A program made the translations under genes and the position numbers. 64,000 nt of DNA from Candidatus Entotheonellaceae bacterium (GTDB lineage Bacteria; Tectomicrobia; Entotheonellia; Entotheonellales; Entotheonellaceae): positions 736,001 to 800,000 of the forward strand of contig OZ250173.1 of the NCBI GenBank assembly GCA_965238075.1, written 5' to 3'. The notes beneath the pieces were generated by a model. It searched no databases. It was not told where the DNA came from and saw nothing but the letters and a program-made list of their open reading frames with translations. This document shows, piece by piece, positions 41,079 through 49,840 of this stretch. Each line of letters begins with the position of its first letter. Position 1 is the stretch's first letter.

Positions 41079-41531
41079 ATGATGCACGAGACGGCATGCC
41101 CCGAGGCGCTGCAGGACATCATCGAGGAGTTCAGCAGCGCCTCACCCGAGGAACGCCTGGAACTGCTCCTGGAATTCGCCATGGAGTTGCCCGACCTACC
41201 GGAGGAACTGCACAACGCCCGCGACACCATGGAGCAAGTGCATGAGTGCCAGAGCCCCGTCTTTCTGCACGCCTCGCTGAAAGACGGCCGCGTCGTCTAC
41301 CACATCGACGTACCCCGCGAGGCGCCAACCGTACGCGGCTTCGCGAGCATCCTCCACAGCGGCCTGAACGGCGCCACGCCGGCGGCCATCGCCGCCGCTC
41401 CCGCCAACCTCTACCAGCAACTCGGACTGCACAAAGTCATCTCGCCCCTGCGGCTGCGCGGACTGGCGGCATTGCTGGGCCGCATGAAACGCAACGCCGA
41501 GGAATTGGCCGTTTCGAGTCGGCCGGATTAG
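41079..41531 (+). CDS. sufE: SufE family sulfur acceptor
   Basis: VHECQSPV, EAPTVRGFA, SPLRLRGL. Confidence 0.92.
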   Translation: MMHETACPEALQDIIEEFSSASPEERLELLLEFAMELPDLPEELHNARDTMEQVHECQSPVFLHASLKDGRVVYHIDVPREAPTVRGFASILHSGLNGATPAAIAAAPANLYQQLGLHKVISPLRLRGLAALLGRMKRNAEELAVSSRPD

Positions 41532-41547
41532 CCGCAGGCATAATCCG
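41524..41547. repeat. GTAG-type REP-like hairpin
   Basis: cggattagccgcaggcataatccg; overlaps the sufE stop; related to 33349-33378. Confidence 0.6.
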
Positions 41548-41581
41548 ACGGCGGGAATTGCGACCTCTTGCCAGACAGTCG

Positions 41582-42799
41582 TTACAGGCCCGTAATCGGC
41601 GTATCCACCAACTCTGGAAACACCCCGCCCTCGTAAGCGTGGCGCTCGGCCACCTCCTCGTTCAGTTCAAAGCCCAAACCGGGCTTGGTCGGCGGAATGA
41701 TGAAGCCGTCCTGCCACTGAATGGGCTCCTTCAACACCTCGCCGTAAAATCCGCCAAACGTTTCGATGCTTTCCTGAATCAGAAAATTCGGGCTGCAGGT
41801 GGCGATCTGGATATTGGCCGCCGCTTCCAGCGGCCCGCAGTAGAGATGCGGCGCGATCTGGACGTAGTACGCTTCTGCCATGCCGGCAATCTTCTTCGCT
41901 TCCAGGATGCCGCCGACGCGCCCCAAGGCGGGCTGCAGAATGGCCGCCGCCTGCTTTTCGAGCAGCGGCGCGAACTCGTACTTGGTGGTCAGCCGCTCAC
42001 CGGTGGCGATGGGAATGCAGGTCGAATGCGCCACCCGCGCCATCTCGTTCAAGTTCTCCGGCGGTACCGGCTCCTCGAACCACAGCGGCTCATACGGCTC
42101 CAGGCGGCGGGCGAAGCGAATCGCCGCGGCGGTCGTCATCTGGCCGTGCGTGCCAATGAGCAGATCACACTTGCTGCCCACCGCCTCCCGCATGTTCTTG
42201 ACCACCAACTCGGCGTTGTCGAGCACCTCCAGCGTCAGCTGCCTGGGGTCGAAGGCGCCCATCGGCATGATGGGGTCGAATTTCAGGGCGGTGAAGCCCT
42301 GCTCCAGGTACTGCAGGGCGCGGCGCGGCGCGCGCTCCGGGTCGCCGAAGATATTAGCGACTTCAAACGCGTCCGAGGTCCCGTCTGGCTCCGCGGGAGC
42401 TGGGTAAAGATACGTGTAGGACCGCAATTTCTCGTGGACCTGGCCGCCGAGCAGGTTGTAGACCGGCTGGTTGAGCGCCTTACCCACGATGTCCCAGCAG
42501 GCCATTTCGATACCGCTCAACACGCCCATGAGGCTCAAGTCCGGGTGCTGCGTGTAACCGCTCGAATAGACGACGCGCCAGAGCTTTTCGATCTGGAACG
42601 GATTCGCGCCGATGACGTAGCGCTCGACCACGTCCTCGACCAAGCGCGCCACCAGCTTCGGGTGAAACGGCACGCCGTAAGCCTCGCCAAAGCCCTCGAT
42701 GTTGTCGTCCGTCGTCAGCTTCAGGAACACCCAGTACGCACCCCCGTGGTGCGGCGGCGGATTACCTACCACGTAGGTTTTGACATCCTTGATTTTCAT
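41582..42799 (-). CDS. Mandelate racemase family enzyme (galactonate dehydratase-like)
   Basis: ACWDIVGK, LKFDP, WFEEP, ATGER, APHLY, KPGLG. Confidence 0.93.
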   Translation of the reverse strand: MKIKDVKTYVVGNPPPHHGGAYWVFLKLTTDDNIEGFGEAYGVPFHPKLVARLVEDVVERYVIGANPFQIEKLWRVVYSSGYTQHPDLSLMGVLSGIEMACWDIVGKALNQPVYNLLGGQVHEKLRSYTYLYPAPAEPDGTSDAFEVANIFGDPERAPRRALQYLEQGFTALKFDPIMPMGAFDPRQLTLEVLDNAELVVKNMREAVGSKCDLLIGTHGQMTTAAAIRFARRLEPYEPLWFEEPVPPENLNEMARVAHSTCIPIATGERLTTKYEFAPLLEKQAAAILQPALGRVGGILEAKKIAGMAEAYYVQIAPHLYCGPLEAAANIQIATCSPNFLIQESIETFGGFYGEVLKEPIQWQDGFIIPPTKPGLGFELNEEVAERHAYEGGVFPELVDTPITGL

Positions 42800-43153
42800 T
42801 GGCTTTGTCCTTTCACCTTCGTACAGTTCGAGCTTGCCTGTTCGAGAACCTCCAAATAACGACGGGCCGTCTGTTCACGGGAGAAGTTCTCGATGACGTA
42901 CCGTCGCCCATTTGCACCCATTCTTTGACGCAGGTCAGCGTCCCGGCTGAGGCGAACAATTGCGGCGGTCAGCGCCTCATTGTTCCCCTGCTCAATCACC
43001 AGGCCGGCATTGGCCGCATTCAGTATCTGCGAAGCCTGCCCTTCCGCACATAATACAACGGGACGCGCACAGGAGCATGAATTCGAGCATCCGGACGGGA
43101 ATGACAACGTTGTTCACATCGGCCTTTCGCAACGTGACGAGACAAACCTCACT
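42796..43153 (-). pseudogene. Glycosyltransferase family 4, 3' fragment
   Basis: EVCLVTLRK..VIPVRMLEFM (frameshift) SCARPVV...MGANGRRYV..FSRE; truncated at CTAG 43152. Confidence 0.8.
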
Positions 43154-43221
43154 AGGGCTTGGGGACATTTTTTTGAACCGCTGGCTAAAATTGAGGGATC
43201 ATTCAGTCCGAAACAACTACA

Positions 43222-44585
43222 GGGCATCTCTAATAATACCCATCTCCCACATGGTTTAGAATTACTGAAACACGTCAACCAGCAAGGCCGGAGGAGTTGA
43301 ACATGTCTCAGATGGGCTTTTTCGATGTCGAGAATCGCTACGCCGCTCTGGATGCCAAGAACGATCCCTTGGTGAAAATCAATGCCGTCGTTCCTTGGGA
43401 AGCATTCCGCAGCCGCCTGGAGAACGTCTGGCGCAAGCCAGCCGACAAGCGCAAGTCCAATTCGGGGTGCAAGCCGTGGGATGCCATCGTCATGTTCAAA
43501 GCCATCATTTTGTGCGCCCTCTACAATCTGTCGGATGATCAAGTCGAGTATCAAATGCGCGACCGCCTGTCCTTCGTGCGCTTCTTGGGACTGGCACTTG
43601 AAGACAAGGTGCCGGACGCCAAAACCGTGTGGCTCTACCGCGAGCAGTTGTCACAGGCTGGCCTCATCGATGCCTTGTTTGAGGATTTCGACGGCTACCT
43701 GAAAAACCAGGGCTACCAGGCAATGGGTGGTCAGATCATAGATGCTTCGATTGTCGCGGTTCCCATCCAGCGCAATCGTCGTGACGACAATGAGCAGATC
43801 AAGCGCGGTGAGCTACCCGAGGCCTGGGCCGACAAGCCGGCCAAGCGTCGGCAAAAAGACAGGGATGCGCGCTGGACCAAGAAGCACGGCAAGAGCCACT
43901 ATGGCTACAAGAATCACGTCAACATCGACCGTCGGCACAAGCTGATACGGCGTTACCGGGTGACGGACGCAGCGGTGCATGACAGCCAAGTGCTTGAGGA
44001 GTTGTTGGCGTCGGACAACACGGCAAGCGGTGTCTGGGCGGACAGCGCCTACCGGTCGAAAGACACTGAAGCGAAGGTGAAAGCCAGGGGCTTGACGAGT
44101 CGGATTCATCGCAAGGCTTCTCGCAACCGCCCGTTGCGCGATTGGGAGAAAGCGGGCAACCAGAGTCGTTCCCGATTTCGGGCTCGGATAGAGCATGTCT
44201 TCGGCGCGCAGCACAACGACATGGGCGGGACTCTGGTTCGCAGCATGGGGCTTGTACGGGCGAGGGCGCGCATAGGTCTTAAGAACCTTGCCTCGGCGCG
44301 CAGCACAACGACATGGGCGGGACTCTGGTTCGCACAACATAAGAACCTTGCCTACAACATGCTGGTTCACTTGCAATGCGGCGCCTGGTTCACTTGCAAC
44401 GTCTGGCGAGGGTGGATTCACGCTAAAGGGCGCAGCGGGGTGCCGGATGCCCTCTTTGAAGGCGCCATGGCTCCTGTTGAGGAGCGACATCACCACGCAA
44501 ACCGCCGTTTATTCTCTGTCGCCATGGCGCGGCAAAGTCACTCACGCCAGTTTTGCCCGCCAGTGAGTCATTTTTCGAGGCGCCC
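43222..44585 (+). mobile_element. IS5-family insertion sequence (1364 bp)
   Basis: Imperfect terminal IRs GGGCATCTCTAATAA / TTTTTCGAGGCGCCC; 4-bp direct repeat TACA at 43218-21 and 44586-89. Confidence 0.92.
43303..44426 (+). pseudogene. IS5-family DDE transposase with rearranged 3' end
   Basis: YNLSD, DRLSF.RF, PDAKT, IIDAS, GYKNH, ADSAY, RIEHVF. The presumed native stop at 44424-26 is bypassed and the ORF reads on to 44709. Confidence 0.88.
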
Positions 44586-44716
44586 TACAGCAAACGGAGA
44601 TGGATGTTTGTGTCAGATATTCTTAATCCTTCATATGAAGGTGCCAGGTATCCTTAGATCACGCGCGGTAAAACGAGAGGCGTTGGGCAGGTTAAAATGC
44701 CGGAAATAGACAGCAA

Positions 44717-45250
44717 CTAGGAGCATATATCTTTGATTTGTTCAGCCGCACCCGCAGGCGAGTCAGCTCGCGCCGTGATGCGAACCATGGCGCTGGCCTG
44801 GCCACGTGTGTTCCGAGCGCCGCGGACGCCCACCAGCTCGGCATCCACGGACGTCAGCAAAGCAGCCGGCTCCCACCGGAAGCCTGGCGTCTCTTCATTC
44901 AGGCGCTCGCTCACCGCAAGCGCCACGGCGCCGCTGGAAACCAGCCCGAACAGGGTGTCCTGGCCGGCCGGCAATCCTGCCGCAGGCTGCCGGCCTCCTT
45001 CCGAAAGGGTTTTGAAGCGCTCGTCGTCAAAAACGACACCGGTCCTGGCACGCAGCACCACCACATCCGCGGCGGCCTCATACTGCACGGGGACCACGAT
45101 GTATATGGCCGTGCCCAGCACCATCGCAACGACTGCCAGGCACAGAATCTCCCGCCACCAAACCGCCAGGATCAAAATGCCTTCTCGAAGGTCGAACTCG
45201 GTTTCAAGGGGGTCGGGCACAGGATGCCCGGAGGGATTGGTTTCGGCCAT
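44717..45250 (-). pseudogene. Wzz/GumC polysaccharide chain-length determinant, 5' fragment
   Basis: EFDLRE.I.IL..WW..I, TM helix, P.QYEA.A.V, VRITARADSP..AA; ends at CTAG 44717 without the second TM helix. Confidence 0.78.
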
Positions 45251-45495
45251 GGGGGGTTTTCTCTGTCCAGTGGATGTACTCAACGATGGGTCCAGGGATA
45301 TTAAACCGCATTCAGGTGCCAAGGCAAGGCTCCGGGCACGAAACGGCATTGGCAATTGAGCCGCACGAACGTTGCGGATACACTTCGATGCCACTGCCAC
45401 CCACACCGGCCCAGGCACGCCGCGGGTTTGCGGAAGCCTGACAGACAGCGCTCGGATCCATGCTTCTCACCCTGCGCTCCAAACGGGAGTTCATC

Positions 45496-46644
45496 ATGCA
45501 ATGCCACCGCCATCTCTTCTCCTTACCGGCGTCTCAGCACTACCTGAACTGCGCCTACATGTCGCCACTGCTGAAATCGGTGCAAGACGCCGGCATCGCC
45601 GCTGTCGGGCTGAAAGCCTCGCCCGCCGACATCGGCGGGGCGGAATTTTTCGAGCCGGTCGAAACCCTGCGCGACCGCTTTGCCCGCCTCGTCAACACCT
45701 CGGCCGATCGGGTCGCCTGCATACCCGCCGCCAGCTACGGGGTGGCCGTGGCGGTCCACAACACGCCGCTGCGGGCCGGTCAGAACGTGGTCATCCCGGC
45801 GGAAGAGTTTCCGAGCAACGTCTACGGCTGGATGGCCGCCTGCGACCGCAGCGGGGCCGAACTGCGCCTTGTCGAACGCCCGGATGGACCGCCGTCGGCA
45901 GCGGCGTGGAACGCGCGCGTCCTGGAGGCTATCGACCGCAATACCGCGTCGGTGACGCTCACTGACGTCCACTATACCGACGGCACTCCCTTCGATCTCG
46001 AAGCCATCGGGCAGCGGGCGCGCGAGGTCGGCGCCCTGTTCGTCGTCGATGGCACCCAATCGGTCGGCGCCCTGCCCTTCGATTTTGACCGCCTGCAACC
46101 GGATCTGTTGGTGTGCGCCGGTTACAAGTGGATGCTCGGTCCGTATCAGTACGGCCTCATCGCGGTCGGCGACCGGCTGCTGGACGGCGAGCCATTCGAA
46201 CACAACTGGATTAACCGCAAGGACAGCGAGAACTTCAGCAACCTGAGCCAGTTCCGACGAGATTACCAGCCCGGCGCCCGGCGCTTCGACACCGGCGAGC
46301 GCTCGAATTTCATCCTGGTGGCAATGCTCAACGAGGGGCTGAAGCAAATCCTGACGTGGGGCGTGGAGGCCATCCGGGATCATTGCGCCGCCCTCAGCGG
46401 CGACGTGGAAGCGGCCCTGGCGGACAGCCCATACGTGATGGCGCCGGCAGCGGAACGCTCCCCGCACCTGTTCGGCATTCGCGTGCCCGACGGCGAGCGG
46501 CTGCCTGCCATCCTGGAGGACCTGCGCCGCCGCGAGGTTTACGTGTCGCAGCGCGGCACGTCGCTGCGGGTATCGCCGCACGTCTACAACACCCCCGACG
46601 ACCTCGGCGCCTTGGTTGAGGCCCTGCGCGCCGCGGTGCCGTAG
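45496..46644 (+). CDS. Aminotransferase class V PLP-dependent enzyme
   Basis: YLNCAYMSP, EFPSN, DGTQSVG, GYKW (PLP Lys), LRVSPHVYN. Confidence 0.92.
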   Translation: MQCHRHLFSLPASQHYLNCAYMSPLLKSVQDAGIAAVGLKASPADIGGAEFFEPVETLRDRFARLVNTSADRVACIPAASYGVAVAVHNTPLRAGQNVVIPAEEFPSNVYGWMAACDRSGAELRLVERPDGPPSAAAWNARVLEAIDRNTASVTLTDVHYTDGTPFDLEAIGQRAREVGALFVVDGTQSVGALPFDFDRLQPDLLVCAGYKWMLGPYQYGLIAVGDRLLDGEPFEHNWINRKDSENFSNLSQFRRDYQPGARRFDTGERSNFILVAMLNEGLKQILTWGVEAIRDHCAALSGDVEAALADSPYVMAPAAERSPHLFGIRVPDGERLPAILEDLRRREVYVSQRGTSLRVSPHVYNTPDDLGALVEALRAAVP

Positions 46645-46682
46645 CCCCGCACGCGGCGCACGAGTCGCTTGATAGTGCTTGT

Positions 46683-46797
46683 CCCCTCCTTCCCTAGTCT
46701 TCCCCCTCGCTGGGGGGAGGGAACCAAGAGGTCGTATTCCCCGCAGAGAGGTTTTACTCCCTCTTTCCTGGCGGGAGAGGGTTGGGGTGAGGGGGAA
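46683..46797. repeat. CCCTCTCCC/GGGAGAGGG-type palindromic intergenic repeat
   Basis: cttccccctcgctggggggaggga ... ctccctctttcctggcgggagagggttggggtgagggg; a weaker relative lies at about 41025-41056. Confidence 0.65.
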
Positions 46798-46900
46798 TCC
46801 AACGCGAGACACTAAGGGGTTTGTGTCACCGGCGGCCTACGGCTATTCTGGCACTTGATAGCCATTTCGACACCATACCCCATACCAAGAAGGTATTCCC

Positions 46901-47938
46901 ATGATCGCACGCCCCTGGCAGTTTATTCAGACCGCAGCCATAACGTCCCTGCTCTTTGCCGGCCTTGTCGCACCCGCTAGCGCCGAGGCCGCCTATCCCG
47001 ACGGCCTGTACGCTGAGATGCACACCTCGAAGGGCCTTATCGTGCTGCGTCTGGCCTACGAAGAGGCGCCCATGACGGTGGTAAATTTCGTCGGCTTGGC
47101 GGAAGGCACCAAAAACTCCAACAAACCAGCGGGAACGCCATTTTACGACGGCCTGACGTTTCATCGCGTCATCGCCAATTTCATGATCCAGGGCGGCGAC
47201 CCGGAAGGCAGCGGGGGTGGCGGTCCCGGCTATAAATTCCCCGACGAGATTCACCCCGCCCTCCGCCATGACGGCCCGGGCGTGCTGTCCATGGCTAACG
47301 CCGGCCGCAACACGAACGGCAGCCAGTTCTTCATCACCTACAAGGCAACACCGTGGCTGGACGGCAAGCACACCGTGTTCGGACGGGTCATTCAGGGACA
47401 GGACGTCGTCGATGCCATCGCGCAGGGCGACAAGCTGGAAAAGCTGACGATCGTGCGGGTGGGCGACGCGGCCAAGGCGTTCAAGGCGGACCAGGCGAGG
47501 TTCGACGGCATGATCGCGGAGATCGCGGGCGCCGAAGAGGCGCACGCCAGGAAGGAATACGAGGACGCCATGGCGGTGCTGGAAGAAGCGTTCCCCGGAA
47601 AAATGCGGACTACCGAATCGGGTCTCATGTACATCATCGTCGAGGCGGGCGACGGCCCCAAGCCGCAGCCCGGCACACGCATCCAGGCGCACTACACGGG
47701 CAAATTTCTGAGCGGCAGGGTCTTCGACAGCTCGGTGCAACGCGGCGAGCCGTTCGCCTTCGAGGTCGGCATGGGGCGTGTCGTCAAAGGATGGGACGAG
47801 GCGCTGCTCGACATGCAGAAGGGGGAAAAACGCATCCTGATCATTCCCAGCGACCTGGCCTACGGCGAACGGGGTTATCCGCCGGTCATCCCGCCGCGGG
47901 CAACGCTGGTGTTCGATGTGGAACTGGTCGATTTCTAA
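46901..47938 (+). CDS. Dual-family peptidyl-prolyl isomerase (cyclophilin + FKBP) with signal peptide
   Basis: [35 protein letters not shown]; then [30 protein letters not shown]. Confidence 0.96.
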   Translation: MIARPWQFIQTAAITSLLFAGLVAPASAEAAYPDGLYAEMHTSKGLIVLRLAYEEAPMTVVNFVGLAEGTKNSNKPAGTPFYDGLTFHRVIANFMIQGGDPEGSGGGGPGYKFPDEIHPALRHDGPGVLSMANAGRNTNGSQFFITYKATPWLDGKHTVFGRVIQGQDVVDAIAQGDKLEKLTIVRVGDAAKAFKADQARFDGMIAEIAGAEEAHARKEYEDAMAVLEEAFPGKMRTTESGLMYIIVEAGDGPKPQPGTRIQAHYTGKFLSGRVFDSSVQRGEPFAFEVGMGRVVKGWDEALLDMQKGEKRILIIPSDLAYGERGYPPVIPPRATLVFDVELVDF

Positions 47939-47949
47939 GCTGTTGACCT

Positions 47950-48122
47950 GTAGGTCGGATTGGCTATCCCGAATTGTCATTCCGAGCTTGACCCGGAATC
48001 CAGCGACCCTGGTTCCATTTCGCAACAGGCCGTTGGCCCGACAAAACCCTGGACCCCGGCTTTCGCCGGGGTGACGGGCCGTGGCGAGGTCAATTGGAAT
48101 TCCTGCTACCAATCCGACCTAC
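47950..48122. repeat. Composite repeat: GTAG-type inverted pair enclosing CGTC-type doublet copy 5 (47976-48076)
   Basis: gtaggtcggattgg ... [gtcattccgagcttgacccggaatccag ... ctggaccccggctttcgccggggtgacg] ... ccaatccgacctac. Confidence 0.88.
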
Positions 48123-48130
48123 GGGCCTAC

Positions 48131-48451
48131 CTACGCCACGCCTTCCGGCTGCGCGTCTTCTGCTGCCTCTTCCGGCAACGCCTTGAACGCCGTGACCAGT
48201 TCCTGCCAATCCACCTGCCCGAGCGCCCAGGCCAGCAGATCGGCGCCGAGGCATTCCGGCACGTCGTTCTCGTCCACGCCCAGAAGCCCCTCCCACACGT
48301 GCTCCTCGGCCCACTCGCTCAGCCGTTCCTCCGGCACCCGCCCGGCGGCGATCTCACGCACCGTCGCCAGGTGCTCGTCGTCAGCGAAAAGCCACGTAGA
48401 CACCGCCCATGTGGTATAGTTGCGCCAACCGTTATACCCTGGTTCAATCAT
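48131..48451 (-). CDS. Acidic phage-type hypothetical protein (YNGWxNYxTW motif)
   Basis: YNGWRNYTTWAV..W and DLL..AL..VDW.E; purine-rich RBS. Confidence 0.7.
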   Translation of the reverse strand: MIEPGYNGWRNYTTWAVSTWLFADDEHLATVREIAAGRVPEERLSEWAEEHVWEGLLGVDENDVPECLGADLLAWALGQVDWQELVTAFKALPEEAAEDAQPEGVA

Positions 48452-48583
48452 GACCGAAGTCCTTTCCTTACAGTGATTTGACTGCCTGTTACGCGACACG
48501 ATCAGAACACATTTGGGCGCTTGCCACAAGTCCTGAACCCGCCGGTGCGGCCCGCACGCGGCCGTTAATCCGAAGGAGAATCG

Positions 48584-49804
48584 ATGACCGTCAAACCGGA
48601 GGAAGTTGGCCTCTCATCCGCCCGTCTCGACCGCATCCGCGGCCACTTTCAGCGCTACATCGACGACGGCAGGCTCGCCGGCACCCTGACCCTGGTAGCC
48701 CGCCACGGCGAGATTGCCTATTTCGAGCCGCAAGGCCACCTCGAGGTCGAACGCCGGCGCCCCATGCAGCGCGACACCGTCTTTCGCATTTATTCGATGA
48801 GCAAGCCAATCACCACGGTCGCCCTCATGATGCTGGTCGAACAGGGCCTGTGCCAGCTTGACGACCCCGTGCACCGCTACATCCCCGCCTGGGAGGGCCT
48901 GCGCGTGTTCGTCGGCGGTAACTACCCAACCTTCCTCACGGCGCCGGTGGCGCGGCCCATGGTCATCCGCGACCTGCTCAATCACACCTCCGGCCTCACC
49001 TACGGCTTCATGGAACGCACCAACGTCGACGCCGCCTATCGCAGCCTGAGAATCGCCGACCGAAGCCGGCCCGACTACACCCTCCAGAACATGGTGGATA
49101 CCCTGGCGGAGTTGCCGCTGGAATTCTCGCCCGGCACGCGCTGGAATTATTCGGTCGCCACGGACGTCGCGGCATACCTGGTCGAGGTGATCTCGGGTCA
49201 GCGGTTCGATGCCTACCTGGGGGAGCGCATTTTCCAGCCGCTGGGCATGACCGACACGGCCTTCACCGTGGCCGACGAGCAGCTTGAGCGCTTCGCCTGC
49301 AATTACGAACGGCTGCGCGACGGTCGGTTGCGGCTCGCCGACGCCCCGGAGAGCAGCGAGTATCGCAGCGGCAATTTCTTGTCGGGCGGCGGCGGGCTGC
49401 TCTCCACGGCGCCGGATTACCTGCGTTTTACGCTCATGCTGCGGAATCGCGGCGAGCTGGACGGCGTCCGCTTGCTGGGCCGCAAGACCGTGGAACTGAT
49501 GACTATGAACCACCTGCCGGGCGGGCAGGACCTGACGGCGCTGGCGCAGGCCGGCATGTTCACCGAGACCGCCTACGCCGGGGTGGGATTCGGCCTGGGG
49601 TTTTCCGTCATGCTGAACCCGGCGCGGGCACAGGTACTCGGCACGCCGGGCGAATTCGCCTGGGGCGGCGCGGCCAGCACGGCCTTCTGGGTAGACCCCG
49701 TCGAGGACCTCATCGTCATTTTCATGACGCAGGTGATGCCGTCGTCGTCCTACCCCATTCGCCGCGAGTTGCGCACCCTTACCTACGCTGCCCTGGTGGA
49801 TTAG
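48584..49804 (+). CDS. Beta-lactamase-family serine hydrolase (class C/esterase-like)
   Basis: SMSK, LLNHTSGL, PG..WNYS, WGGAA, DP; AAGGAG RBS. Confidence 0.94.
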   Translation: MTVKPEEVGLSSARLDRIRGHFQRYIDDGRLAGTLTLVARHGEIAYFEPQGHLEVERRRPMQRDTVFRIYSMSKPITTVALMMLVEQGLCQLDDPVHRYIPAWEGLRVFVGGNYPTFLTAPVARPMVIRDLLNHTSGLTYGFMERTNVDAAYRSLRIADRSRPDYTLQNMVDTLAELPLEFSPGTRWNYSVATDVAAYLVEVISGQRFDAYLGERIFQPLGMTDTAFTVADEQLERFACNYERLRDGRLRLADAPESSEYRSGNFLSGGGGLLSTAPDYLRFTLMLRNRGELDGVRLLGRKTVELMTMNHLPGGQDLTALAQAGMFTETAYAGVGFGLGFSVMLNPARAQVLGTPGEFAWGGAASTAFWVDPVEDLIVIFMTQVMPSSSYPIRRELRTLTYAALVD

Positions 49805-49840
49805 GCGCATGTTGTTCCGATCGAACTATGAGGACAAGCC

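Noticed and set aside
45250-45480. ops/JUMPStart element upstream of wzz
   Set aside because: No GGCGGTAG match found.
45496-46644. The missing sufS
   Set aside because: It lacks the RxGHHC (SufS) or SSGSAC (IscS) catalytic loop.
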